DNA from: Chlorokybus atmophyticus
Lineage: Eukaryota > Plantae > Mesostigma and Chlorokybus algae
Direction of reading: 5' to 3'
NCBI GenBank assembly: GCA_009103225.1
Contig: RHPI01002090.1
Location: 336,370 to 400,369 of the forward strand
Length of the DNA: 64,000 nucleotides
A program made the position numbers and the translations under genes. A model generated the notes under the pieces. The model saw only the letters and a list, made by a program, of their open reading frames with translations. It was not told where the DNA came from and did no database searches. Shown here piece after piece: positions 50,083 to 62,890 of the stretch; within the stretch, counting starts at the first letter, position 1, and each line of letters begins with the position of its first letter.

Positions 50083-51104
50083 ATGGAGGCACCAAAACAG
50101 CAGTGGAACCCACAGGTACACGTGGGTTTGTTCAATGTAGAATTGAAGGGTCTATGCTGCTCTTTTTGATCTGTAGATGTATATGCTGTGACTTGTTTGC
50201 ACATGCTTGCCATCCCAACACTGCCGCTGCGTGTTTGACTTCGCTCGACCCAGGCTGCGACACGCGGGGAGCAGCAGCAGCAGCACCATGGGCAGCGCAC
50301 CATGTGGGCGCACTTCAGCCAGTTGGCAATCGCAGCATGCACAACTATTGGACATGTGAGTATTTGTGTCCGCATCACGCACACGTATGCCAGCCTGCAG
50401 TGTGAGTGCGGGTCACTGATGCGGCGCATACGTGACAGGCGGTGTTGAGAGTGCGGAGTGCGACACCAGAGCAACAGTTGGCTTCGCGGCTTCGTCGTCA
50501 CGGCGTGCGCTTGTACGGCGCGGACTCCTGCCTCAAATGCTCCGCGCAGAAAGCCATGCTGTATCACCTCTCACCCACGCACTGGAGAGAACTGTGAGTC
50601 TTGAGATCCAACGCACTGAGATACATGCATGCGTGCGAGTGCTCCTCAGCAAGCTGACTTGTGGACACGTATGTGGCATGGCCTGGATGGCAGGTATGTG
50701 GACTGTGAGAAGGAGAGGAACTGCCTCGAGTGCTGGGACGTCAGTCAGGTGCCCATGTGGCGCATATCTGGTCAGAAGGGCCAGATACGCAACGTCGGGG
50801 CCAAGAGTTACCAACAGCTACAGGTAAGACCAACAAAGATCAAGTCGCACGTATATTCACAACATCTGGTACAAGGAACCAACAACCTGACTGTTGTGTG
50901 TAGGCTCTTGTGGATGAGCATTGGGGCGACGCCCGCACGTGGAAGGTTGGCGCGGTTGGCAGTCAGCGTCGGCACCATCGACGCAGCCGTTGGGCCACGG
51001 AGAGCTACTCCAGCGCCGTGGAGAGGTACGTCACGCAGCAGAGGAGGGACGCGTCCGTGGCGGCCAACCGCGCGGAGGCACTGCGGCAGAGGCACAAGAG
51101 TTGA
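50083..51104 (+). CDS. Thioredoxin/glutaredoxin-like protein with CxxC (resembles the LTO1/VKOR Trx domain)
   Basis: Manual splice gives ...QQLASRLRRHGVRLYGADSCLKCSAQKAML...REL|YVDCEKERNCLECWDVSQVPMWRISG...GAKSYQQLQ|ALVDEHWG...*. Start exon uncertain. Confidence 0.65.
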
Positions 51105-52478
51105 GAAGATGAGGCGATGGGTGATAGTGGTTGTGGTGTGTAAACAATGAGGAAACAAGAAGTGGAGTCGGCGCTGCTTTTGTAAAATGAGAGGCGGAGG
51201 AGTAGAGTCGGTGACAGCGCTATGTGTACTATACACTAGAGTACTAGTAGATAAATAACTGTAGATTTGCAGCATCAATAAGCAGTTGATTACTCTGAAC
51301 ATATAACAGACACAAGAGCTGCGCGAAGCACATATGACGATCTCTCCTGATGCATTCTGCCTGGTCATTATGTCGATCTATCAAGCACTGGCTACTGCAG
51401 CACGTTCCCTAGCAATGGCAGATGCTGTAGACAGACCTACATGCGTTCTACACACCACGCCCATGTGGGCAGGTGATTACCAACTGCGTATTGACTGCTG
51501 CATGTCTAACGGGGTAGAGGCAGTAGATTAGCGTGCTAGTAGTAGCCCGGTGGTCAACTAATTGTCATTTGTACGACACCTTGCATGTGTTGCTGCGTGC
51601 TGACTGACTACACGTTGTGCATGCGCATGCATGTCCTGCATTTGATGTACACCGCATGTACATATGAATATGGTAAGAGAGGGGCCCGGAATAGCAAGCA
51701 GATACCAGGGAATAGCAAGCAACAGCCAGATGTATGTAGACGGCCTGCATGCCAGTACTGACAGCTTAGATCCACAGTGGTCGCGTCTGTCAACGTCAAG
51801 CCTTGGAACGCATGTGTTTTGCTTGGTGCTATGTACACTGTGACTCAAGCAACCAACAACAGTCGCACAAATAATCACTATGTGTATGTATGCACAAGTG
51901 TGATGATAGTATCCACGCGCCCACCAGTTCCGTGGCACACATGCAACCACTACAGCTTGTACACGCGTCATACTGCCATGCTTGCATGCCGTGCCTTGTA
52001 ACATGCATGAGCAACTCTACTCCGCATTGTTTACAACACTTCACATATCCTATAAAGTCGTACACCCTCTCCACGCCCACACCACCACCGCCACTCACCC
52101 ACCCACAGCCAATCTGCACAGTGACTGCACAGTACTGACATAACTATGCGGCATTGTGTGGCAACCTTTTGCTGGCAAATGCAATCAGCCTGCATATTTG
52201 CAGTGCCTTGAGAATCCAATTCTCCTGCACCACGCTGTCACTTCACAGTCGACACCCGAAGTTGGGTGAGATGCCAGAAGACGCACTCAGCACTTGGTAA
52301 CAGAGCTGAATAATGCTCGCGCGCAAACAGCCACAACCTGGGGAAACTCTAGCGACAATGTGTCTAGCAGCAAAACAAGCAGCAATAATTGACAAAAAGG
52401 AAGGACCTCCAAAAAGAACCAACAACAGTCTGCGCATGGTAGCACCATGATTTACGCCTATCAGGTGGCGACCCGCGC

Positions 52479-55330
52479 CTAGTACTTGTGTAGGTATACC
52501 CACCTGCAATAATCAACGTGACTATGAAGTAGTGCACGGATACTCCGCAACACAAAACAATTATGACAAACCACAGCGCATACAAGACACCACTGGCATG
52601 CAAGTTTGCACTCACTCTTCAATGGCGTCCATGGCGGATATGTCATTGAGAGCTACCTTGGACGGCTCCTCATCAACACCGATGGCCATGACAGCCTGTT
52701 TCCGCGGGCCCGTGCGACCAACACTCATGAAGGAGATGTTAACGTTTTCGCGCCCAAGGATGGTGCCAACCTTGCCAATCATGCCGGGCTGATCAACTTG
52801 TCTGTAGAGCAGCAGGGAGTTGTCGAGCGCAACATCGACGGAGAAGTTGCCAATGCGTGTCAGGAAGGGCTGGCCGTCCCTGACTCGGCCCTCTAATGAG
52901 ATGTTGCCCTCGGCACCAAGCGCTCCAGTAAAGTTGGTCTCAGCTCTGGCGAGCTCCAATGCCACAGAGTAAAGGGGCGCATTGTCTGCGCCGCCTTCTG
53001 AAGGCGACTTCAGCTCGCTGACACGTAGGCCGCGCTGCTTGGCAATGTAGTCCGCGTTCACCAGGTTGATGAAGGAGCTGGAAACTGGCTCAATGAGGCC
53101 CTGCAATGTCAAGTCAGGTCAATAACTGCGGACGGACAAGGACCAATCTCAACCCAAATCGAAGACTCCAGGCTCTTACCTTCACGACCATGGCGCGCAG
53201 CAGGCGGGTATCAAGGTCATCAGCACGTGCTGACTTGTACTCGATCTGAACGTCCTTAACACCAGCACCCTTGACCAGCTGAATGGCAATCTGTCCCAGC
53301 CGCTCAGCCAAGGAGACGTACGGCGCAAGCTCCTTCAGGACCTCTGCAGGCACCATGGGTGCATTGACGGCGGTAGACGCAAGCTCGCCATTCAGAGCGC
53401 CAATCACCGCCTCTGCTATCTCCACAGCAACACCGTCCTGAGCTTCAACTGTGCTGGCACCCAGGTGAGGAGTCACAACCACATCGGGACGTCCTACAAG
53501 CGGGTTGTCCGCTGGCGGGGGCTCCACGGTGAACACGTCCAGCGCGGCTTGAGCGACAATGCCCGAGTCCAGAGCGCGCGCAAGAGCCGGCTCATCAATG
53601 ACCCCGCCGCGAGCAACATTGACAAGGCGAGCACCGCGTTTCATCTTGGCAAAGGTGTCGTCATTGAACAACTTATCGGTTGAGGGTGTGAGAGGCATGT
53701 GCAAGGAGAAAAAGTCGCCAATTGTCAATGCCTCTTCAAACCCGATCAGCTCAACACCCAGCGCGCGTGCCCGGTCAGTAGCAGCATATGGATCATGGGC
53801 GTACACTTTCATGCCAAGACCTTTGGCGCGTCGTGCAACTTCAGACCCCACCTTGCCAAAGCCCATGACCACCAGCGTCTTGTCAACTAGAGTAACACCA
53901 GTGTACTTGCCGCGCTGCCATTTGCCTGCGAACCATGAAGTGTTCTCAGCCATCGTCTTGTACTTATATAGCTTACACTGTACTTCAGCATCAAGTGCTC
54001 AGTGACCCTGACAATACCTACAGTTCAAGCCTGCAACCAAACCCTGCAATCCATTTGCTTGCGCTCGAACTAAGCCTGTTCATGCCAGATAAACACGAGG
54101 TACACTGCACCTGCTTTCATGGAAGCATCTGCCTGAGAAATGTTGCGAGAAAGGGCGGTCAGCAGCGCAATGCCATGCTCCGCAGCTGCCACAGTATTTG
54201 CAGTTGGTGCATTCACTACCAAGCACCCAACCTGCATCACGTGCAATGCAGCATGTCAGTCGTTGTATGGCAGACCAGAGCCATAACCTTGACACATGAA
54301 GGGGAGCAGGCACCTCTGTGGCCGCTAGTAGATCAACGTTGTCAATGCCAACACCAGCGCGCCCAACCACTTTGAGCCTGCCGTTGGCTGCATCAAAGAC
54401 TTCGCGCGTCACCTGGTCCACCCAGCTATTTGTTTGCACGCAGCTCAAGACATAGCATGCATAGCATACACAGGGCTCACTATATCACTTCGGTTTGCAT
54501 GATAGTCAGTGAAGGCGGCAAGTTATTCAACCAGCAACAAGAGTGGTGATATTAACCATGCAACAATAGTTACTGATAGTGGTGATATCTTGCTGTTGGT
54601 TAACACAAACAATGTAGCTGACCTTGGTGCCTGAGCGCACAATCAAGGCGTCGCACAAGGAAATCTTCGAGCACAATTCTTCTGGTGTCAGGTCATAGCT
54701 GCAATCAACGTTTGCGTACTGCTTCAGGAGGGCAAGTCCGGCCTCCCCGAGCTTCTCAGCCACCAGCACTGTCGGCTTCGAAGTGCTGCCAACGGCCTCA
54801 GCCGCGTTCCTGGCCTGCCAATGGATCACTGTTAGCGGCAGCGCCACACGTTACGTCACTGTTCACAACATTCCAACTGCGCAGCGTTGCACTACTGCTG
54901 CCCAGGCATGCACTTCGCTTGCATGACGGAACTATTGCAACCTGCAGCGGTGTGTTATAACCTTGCATGCAATGCTCTGGCATGAACACGCTAACGACCG
55001 ACCATTTCAAGACAGCAACGCACAACTTGCTGTCAATGCGCTAGATTACGCGGGGAGGCAATGCATGCCACGGTGCCTCCGCACCTGCGTTCGCTCCGGA
55101 GCTGCTGTGGGCGCCTGGGCACGCGTGACCGACAGGCGACCATCTCTCCTCTTAGCAGCCGTCGACTTGACGGACAGCTGCTCCCCTGCCCAACCCCGAG
55201 GCTGGACGAAGCCCGCCGCGGCAGACTGCTGCCGCTGCTCATGCGCCACTCTCCGTGACGAAGAAACAGTGGACGGCGTGGACACCGCTGCGGCGACCAC
55301 CGCCGCAAGAGCAGACGTGCTCGCCGCCAT
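52479..55330 (-). CDS. PGDH: D-3-phosphoglycerate dehydrogenase, plastid type with ACT domain
   Basis: Transit peptide; KPTVLVAEKLGEAG, VVGRAGVGIDNVDL, GFGKVGSEVARRA, VVTPHLGASTVEAQ, ACT domain QVDQPGMIGKVGTILG; last micro-exon E|WVYLHKY*. Confidence 0.97.
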
Positions 55331-55913
55331 GCTTGTACACCCTGTTTGCCTCCGTCACACCAGCTCCACACTTTGCCAACCACCAAACCCTTGCCTCTAC
55401 CGACTCCACCGCCGCCTCCGCCGCCACCAGTGACGACACCCGTGATGACACTCTGTTTCGAAACGCGGAGGCACCAAATATCAGGGAAGCCTCCAATTCT
55501 GGCGACAGCTTTTCGCGAAAGTCTCGCTGGAATGCAGTGCTCGTCGCTCGACCCTTGACCTAGAGCGTGTTACGACAGCGTGGGTCACGGCCTGGACACC
55601 ATATCTCAAATACCGCATCTTGGGTGTAATTCGGTTGGCGGCCGCCGGTCCAGAGCACGATTAAAAAAGCGCATGCGGTGCATTGATCTTGACAGCTTTA
55701 GGCATGCGCCGCGGTGCCGTGCTGACATGGCAGCCGCTTTACATGCGCGAGCCATTGATTCGGCGCTGCTGGGGTAAATTGGCTGCAGGTATCGGGAACA
55801 CCTGGAATTGGCTGCAATGCCACGAGCCTTGGGAGGAATCTTACGCAGTTGAACTGACCGTGGTTGACGAGACTGAGACGACTGGGCGCTGACTGCGGTT
55901 ACTGGTGGGCAAA

Positions 55914-55922
55914 TTAGGGTTT
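55914..55922 (-). promoter_or_regulatory. Telo-box (AAACCCTAA on the minus strand) just upstream of RBM34
   Basis: TTAGGGTTT 46 nt before the ATG. Telo-boxes are known from plant ribosome-biogenesis and translation genes. Confidence 0.55.
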
Positions 55923-55967
55923 GAGATTATCCGCGGCGGCGGGGGCGGCGAGGAGGTGAGTCCTGGC

Positions 55968-58171
55968 ATGGCTGCCATCTTTGACAGCCTGTTTGGTGGG
56001 AGTGACGTCCCGGCAAGCGGATCTCATCTGTTTGGTGATGCTTTTCGTCGGCATACTGCTAATGAGCATGGAGAGAAGCCGGATAAGATAGCAGCACAGC
56101 ATAGGGCCGCAGATGGAAATGGGGTAAAGGGCAAGGACACCAAGCATGCAGGTGATTGCGTACTATAAAGTTGAACCAAATCCAGTAAGTTGTCCAATGT
56201 GCTGCTCATTGCGGCCATTACAATTGCACTGAACAACAGAACAATCTGTATCAAATGACAGGTCTGCTGCATCATTCACAAGCTAGCGCACACGATGAAG
56301 TCTATTCTAGATTTACGCTTGCTCTGTTCTCTTGCGGCTATCCAGCTGCAGTATGGATGCAATGCGGACTTTACGCTGAGAATATGCGCTTCCGCAAGCT
56401 GCACTACTTCTTGCCGATATTCCAAGCCATATATCAGTTCTGTGCCGTATACCATGCTATGTTCTGTCTTACTAACGTGGTGCTTATGATGCAGACCAGG
56501 AGAAGTCCAAGAAGCAAAAAATCAGTGACAATCATGATGCTGGGGAACCGTTGCCAGAAGCAAAGCTCAACAGGAAGCTTGCCAAGGCAAGTCCTAAAAC
56601 CAAAAGGAAACAGCCGAAGCAGGATAACGCGGATGAGGTGCCTTCTACAACCGGGTTGAGTATGGATGAGCGCAAAGCCACCCGACCAGTTAAATCAGGT
56701 ACATTGCAAATGGGTCAAGGTCGTGTCTTGCATAGTTATTGTGACGTGTGCAAAATGGTCCTAGTGAAACTGTCGGCTTCATAGCTGTGCTAGTTCAGAC
56801 AAGGTTTTGATTGTAGTAACCTAGTATCGCCACTGTTGGGATACACAGGACAAGACAGTGAAGAAAAGCTTGAACGCACCGTGTTTGTTGGAAACCTCCC
56901 ATCCGACGTGAAGAAGAAACAAATCAGCCGCCTGTTTGCACAGTTTGGCACTGTTCAGTCCATACGATTGCGATCAGTGCCCGTAGCTGAAGACAGCAAG
57001 CTGCCAAGGCGAGCTGCGTGCATAACTGGCGTTCTCAGCCAAAAGCGCACGAACGTCAACGCTTATTTGGTGTTTGAGCTTACGGACGAGGCCAAAGCAG
57101 CATTGGCGCTCAACATGCACGAGTTTAATGGCCGACATCTGCGCGTGGATGCTGCTGCGCCAGTCAAGCAGCCATCCGGGGTGTCGAGAGCTAGTGTAGA
57201 GTACGATAAGACTCGGTCTGTGTTCATTGGCAATTTGCCCAGAGACATAGAGGTAAGCAACAAAGTCACATATCCGGCAACTTGCGGAGTGCATTCTAGT
57301 ATTGCAACAGTTGAGCCAGTGCATAGTTGACGGGAAGGCATGTGAAACTCAACCGCATGATTGATGCAACGCAGCGACTGCTCATCATTTTGCTTCGTTC
57401 TGACAGGAAGATGAACTGATAAAGCTGTTCAACGGCAAGAGTAGTACCATTGAAGCTGTATCTGAGCTTAGCAATCAGGTGGAAGCAGTGCGTGTCGTTC
57501 GCGATGCACACACCAATGCGGGCAAGGGCATTGCCTTCATACTGTTTAAGACAAAGGTATGTGAAGCTGTTGCGCTTTTGATCTTCATGCATACACGCCG
57601 GCAGAGGTTGTTCTCTTACGCAAGCAGTCAAGCACTTGTAACCTGGACATAGTAAAGGTTGTGATCAGCTAAGTCTTTGGTCTTGTAGGGTGCAGCTCGA
57701 GCAGCATTGTCGTTGGCTGGGACCAAGGTGAAAGAGCGGGAGATACGCGTCACTCGTGTGACTGCTAGTACAGCCCTCATGAAGACACCTGCCAGCATGA
57801 AGAAGCCCATGCAAGGCAAATATGCCGCAAAGTTCTCAAAGCAGCATTTGCCAAATACAGGGAAACAACAGCAGGGGCAGCACCACAGGCCGCAGCCTTT
57901 TGAAGGTATGAGGGCCACGAAGCCGGGTAAAAAGGCACCAAAGGGAGCCAGCTCAGTCCGCGTGCAGCAAAAGGCCGGCAAAGGCAAAGACTCGTCTTCG
58001 AGTTCGGTCCAAAAAGCCAAACGACCTGCAGTCCTGGCGCGCAAGGCGGCTGGGAAGGCTGCGCGACAGGCGGGAATAACGCCAGCTGCTTTCCAGCAGT
58101 CGACGCAGAAGGCACCCAAGGGCTCAAAGGGAGCGCAATCAAAGGCTGGAGTGAAACGGAAGCGCTATTAG
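55968..58171 (+). CDS. RBM34: RBM34/Nop12 nucleolar two-RRM protein
   Basis: EEKLERTVFVGNLP...FGTVQSIRLRSVP...NAYLVF...HLRVD, then RSVFIGNLP...VEAVRVVRDAHTNAGKGIAFILFK, with a Lys-rich tail. Confidence 0.88.
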
Positions 58172-58583
58172 TTTGTCATATATACTGTGCATAGGGCACC
58201 CGCAGTAGCGCACGCGCATGTGCCCAATGGCTGTCATGTGATTTCGTTCAGTGCTCGAGTGCTTCAACATGTTAATGGCGCATGGGTGGTATCCCCGTAG
58301 GAGCGGGCAGGAGTGCTCATGGTTGCAACCCTACATTGCAAGTGTGCCATGCCAGTGTCAAGCTTGTGGTATTCTATATGACATGTTGCGTAATGTGCAT
58401 CCGGTTGCCAAAATTGCTACACTCTGGAGCGCCGAGAGCATTGCATCAGGCCATGCAGCATACACTGGTGCACACTGCACTGAATGCAGCCGGCATGCTG
58501 CTCATACGAGTTCAAAACAAGGCAGCATTACTGACTGGCTGCAATGGTAACAAATGGTAAGGCAAACAACCTGCATTGCATGG

Positions 58584-60671
58584 TCATACAGCAGCTGTCC
58601 TTGCGCTCATTGTCGCGAGCGCAGGCATGCACTCGCATCCGGGACAGTTATGTAGGCTCTCGTGGATATACGCGTCGCAGTCAAAGCAGAACCTCTGGCT
58701 GCACTGCGGGCAGAGCAGCTTGAGCCCTGCTGCCTTGTCATTGCCAAACGGCTGTCGGCAGCCAAAGCATCGCTCAACGGGGTTGCCCCGCGCCGTATTC
58801 GCATGAGCAGGTTCTTTGACTTCGCTGAATCGTGGCACGGGAAACAAGTGGTGGTAGGATCGCGCAAGGTGCGGTGAGGAGACAAGCGTGAAGGCGCAGA
58901 CGGGACACTGTGTGGGGAGGTCCCACACCCTTGTGCGGCAGCGCGGGCAGGCGTACCCGCCTCCCCGTACGGATCGGTCCGAGGGCCACAGCACGGGCGC
59001 GCCGCCCTCGGCCTGGCGTTGCGGGAAGCCCATGTGGACGAGGCTGGCGGGGGCGCTGTCGGCGAGTGCTGGCGGAGGTGGCGCGTGGGCCATGAGTAGC
59101 TCCGTGAGGTGGTCCTCGTTCATGGCCACCCCGTACACTCCCCCCGTCACCTCCGTGAGCTTCTTGCACACGTACATCTCCGCGGCGAGGCCCACGACGG
59201 AGCAGCGGCAACGCGCCTGCTTACACGCCTCCATGGTGGCCATGAGGTCCCCCGGGTCGCACGTGGTGAGGGCGGAGAACAGCACGAGGACCTCCCTGTG
59301 GCCGTAAGAAGGGATCTGCGAGAGAGAACCACGCGCGGCCTCGAGAGCGTTCTGGAGGGAGGCATCCCCGCCCGCGTCGAGACGGCCACCTTTGGTCAAA
59401 GCTGCCGAGTGCGTGCCGGGACTCGCGCTCAGCTCAGTCAGCTTCTCCGCCACGCCGTTGCGCGTCACGATGAGACCAAGCTGGCTCAAAGGGTTCTGGT
59501 CGAAAAACTCCACTATGAACTTCTGCTCACACGCACGCACACAGGGATTAGTTATAATGATCTCATCAGTCGTGCGATCGGCTACTCATTGTATGTCATG
59601 CCTGGAGGTTTGTGGATAGGACAGAGAGTCTGCTCGGCCGGAAATCGGTTTCAGCTACGGCGCGCGAGAGGTCCAGCACCACGTAGAGGTACCGTATCAT
59701 CCCCTTGCGCACGCGTGCTGTCGGAGCCTCCTCTTGCAACCTGCACGGTTGACGGGGTGCATCACATTGTGCAACACAGATAAAAGGGTTGGCAACCAAG
59801 GGGTGCGGTTCTTGGCTGAGGCTGTGCTTCGCCTTACCTGCGGCGTCTCTCGCGCTGGAGCGCTGTGCGGTCGAGCGGGCGCAGCCTGCCGTCCTCATCC
59901 TCTTCCAGCAGCTGCTCAGATCAACAGAGCTGAACTTAAAACTCTTGTAGACTCGTACAGCAGCGAATGTCGTGTGCGTGCGTGCGAATGACAAGGAAGA
60001 GAGTTGCTATGCTCTCCCCGATGATGCAATCGCTGCGGCAACAATTACCTCCCACGAGCGCTCGTCAGCATACTGCCTCTCCCACGCCTGCAGCAGACAA
60101 CACACTGATCAGCGGATGCATGTTGCGCGGAGTAATACAGGCAGGTGTTGAGAATCCCAACAGCATCATACTGGCACGCATGCACGCCAACGAAGAAGGT
60201 GTGCATGCATGACTCGACTGTCCTGACAACCCTTGGCTTAGAAGAGACTTTGTGCAGAGCACACAGAACATGCGTGTCCACACGGGTCACGCACAGCAGC
60301 ACACCAATGCCAAAACATGGACATATTGTCCGCATTGTGCGAGCAGCACCAATCATATTGGCGAATGCCACCGCAATCATCTCTCATATCCATTCATTCG
60401 CATGCGCGCATCATGGCATGCGAAATGTGAGTAAGCATGCCAAACAACCACAGCATAAAGCATGCAGAGTAATAAGCCAACCAATACCTAAAGTCACACA
60501 TGTCGAGCAACGGCAGCACTATAACAACATAAGCAGCATAAGCATGCGATCGGACTGCTGCTAAAACTATTTTGTGTGCTTTCATTGTTTACAGCTCACC
60601 TCAAGCTCCTCGGCGGCCTCCTCCGGGTCCACCTCGCCGTCTTCTTCCACAACCTCACCGGCGCGGTCCAT
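58584..60671 (-). CDS. GTF2H2: TFIIH subunit 2 (p44/Ssl1)
   Basis: AWERQYADERSWE, VRKGMIRYLYVVLDLS...DFRPSRL, EFFDQNPLSQLG, ASLQNALE, LVHMGFPQ, GYACPRC...CPVCAFTLVSSPHLARSYHHLFP and CFDCDAYIHESLHNCPGC. Confidence 0.95.
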
Positions 60672-60820
60672 GCTCACGTCTCTGCCTCTCACCAAGCTGC
60701 TGAGCCCAACCAGCAACCCATCTCAACCCAGCAACACAGTCTGGAGCAAGACCGCCACCACCAGGCTAGAGGCCTGCCAGACCAGACCAGACCAGACCAG
60801 GCCAGCCGCTAAGCCGCTTG

Positions 60821-62706
60821 ATGGCTCAGGCGCAAACTGCTGGCGGCGGCGGCGGCGGCGGCGGAGAAGGAGGAGGAGGAGGAGGCGCAGTAGGGCGACC
60901 CACAACGCAGCGGCGGGTTAGCAACAACGCGTTCTTGCGTTCGTGGACGTGGAAGCGAGAAGGCAGGTGAGAGTAGTAGTAGTAGTAGTAATGCCGCCTC
61001 TACCGACGTCGTGTAGTCCACGTGTAGTCGTGTAGTGCATGTGTGTCTCCTTTTCGTGTAGTGGACATCACCCTTTGCCCTACCAGGCCGGACAGAGATC
61101 GCTTCCACAAGCCTTACTTGTACGTATTTGACAACAACGACGACGACGACGACAACCGCAGCAACAAGCAGCTGACAATCCAGCAGCGGCCTTTTTCTGT
61201 TGAAGGCTTTGCTTCTACAGGCATGGCATGTTTGTTGGGCACATGCATTGTGTTGCGTTTCTTTGTGTCTTTTTTTTCTGCAATCCCTTCCTACTCAGCC
61301 CAAGTCTCAGCTGCCATTCCATAAAGCGTCCCACCCAACTTGATACTCAGCAAGCAATGCAGTCCAATCTGCGTGTGGCCCAGTTGCATGGTGTGGTTGT
61401 GTTTGTGTTCGGCTGTGCATGCAATCCCTGTGCTTGTGTGTTTGCACTCATGCTGGGTGTCATGCATGAGTGCGTGAAGTGTTGCTAAGCTGCGCATTGT
61501 TGTGATTGGCGTGGCAACGCAGTTTGGGACAGCTCCATAGTGCTTGCCAAGTATGCGGAGCGCTGGCCTCAACACTTCAAAGGCGAACGCTGCATTGAAC
61601 TCGGCGCTGGATGCGGTCTTTTAGGTGCAGCAACTTAACATCAGCTTCATGTTCAATCAGTCTCTTTGAACCTAAACACACTGATTCACTCGCTCCTTGT
61701 ACATCTGCCAGGCTTAGTGTTAGCGCGGTTGGGCGCCAGGGTGACCATCACCGACCTGGCGTGTAATTTGCCATTGATTGCAGAGAACGCTGCTGGTAAC
61801 AACATTGTTGAAGGTGGTGATGGCGACAACAACTTGCGCATCGAGCCGCTTGCGTGGGGCGATAAGCGAGCTGCGGCACGGCTGTCACCGCCGTTCGATG
61901 TTGTCGTGGCCACGGATGTCATGTACATCCGAGAGGTGAGTGTCTGTGAGTTGGTGGACTGCACGATAAACAGCATTGGTACATAAACCACACATGTACA
62001 TAGCCGCACTCGTACATACAGGTACATGTGTTCATCAAGGATTGCATGCATGCATGCATGCATGAGAACACGTACGCGCGCACGCATATGCCTGTGCCCA
62101 TGCATGCATACACGCACACATGCACGCACACTTACAGCCAAACGCACAGGCCGTGCCGGCACTGCTGATGACCCTCGAGCTGCTATCCGGCAGAGGCACG
62201 CAGATCTACCTCGCATATGGCCGCAACCGGTATGACGTGTGCAACATCCGCATGCACATACTCTATCAACTTGCCATACAGCATCGATGATGACGCATTC
62301 CATCCCTGATGATGGTGCCAGCTGCTGCATTGCCGCTGCCACATGCAGCAGGCCGGTGCAGTAGCGCATGCATCATTCGTGAGGTCAATAAGGCGAATCT
62401 GAGCTGCGGTTGCATGCACATTGCCACTTACACGTTATGATTCCTCTTGTGCCAATTGTGTACTTCTGTGTGTCATTGGCACAATCGCTGGTGTGGTGGT
62501 CATCATGCTTGACGGTGTTTGAAGCTGTTCGTGGTATATGCGTACACAGGTGGGCGGAGGATCTGTTCCTGCGCGGCTGCGCAGGCAGGTTTGAGGTCGG
62601 CGAGGTACCGCAAGAGTCTCTCCATGCGGTGTACAACTGCGTGGACGTGTCGGTGATGAACCTCCCAACCCAACGGGCAGCTTGTCAGAGTCCGAGAAAG
62701 ACTTGA
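60821..62706 (+). CDS. METTL21-like protein-lysine methyltransferase (Methyltransf_16)
   Basis: GFAST|VWDSSIVLAKY, CIELGAGCGLL|GLVLARLGARVTITDL, EPLAWGD, PFDVVVATDVMY and AYGRNR|WAE; 5 or more exons. Confidence 0.88.
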
Positions 62707-62890
62707 TTGAAAGACACAGCAATTGTTGCATAAGCAGGCACTCAGGTAGCTGAAGTTGACGCCCATCGGCTATCTGCTGTAAGGTGAGGTAACCTCATTG
62801 TGCACGCCTGCTCGTCGAGTGTGTGTGGGTGGGGGCACTGACATGCTCGTGTAAACCAGTTCTGCACATGGAAGGCGTGGGGATGCAATA

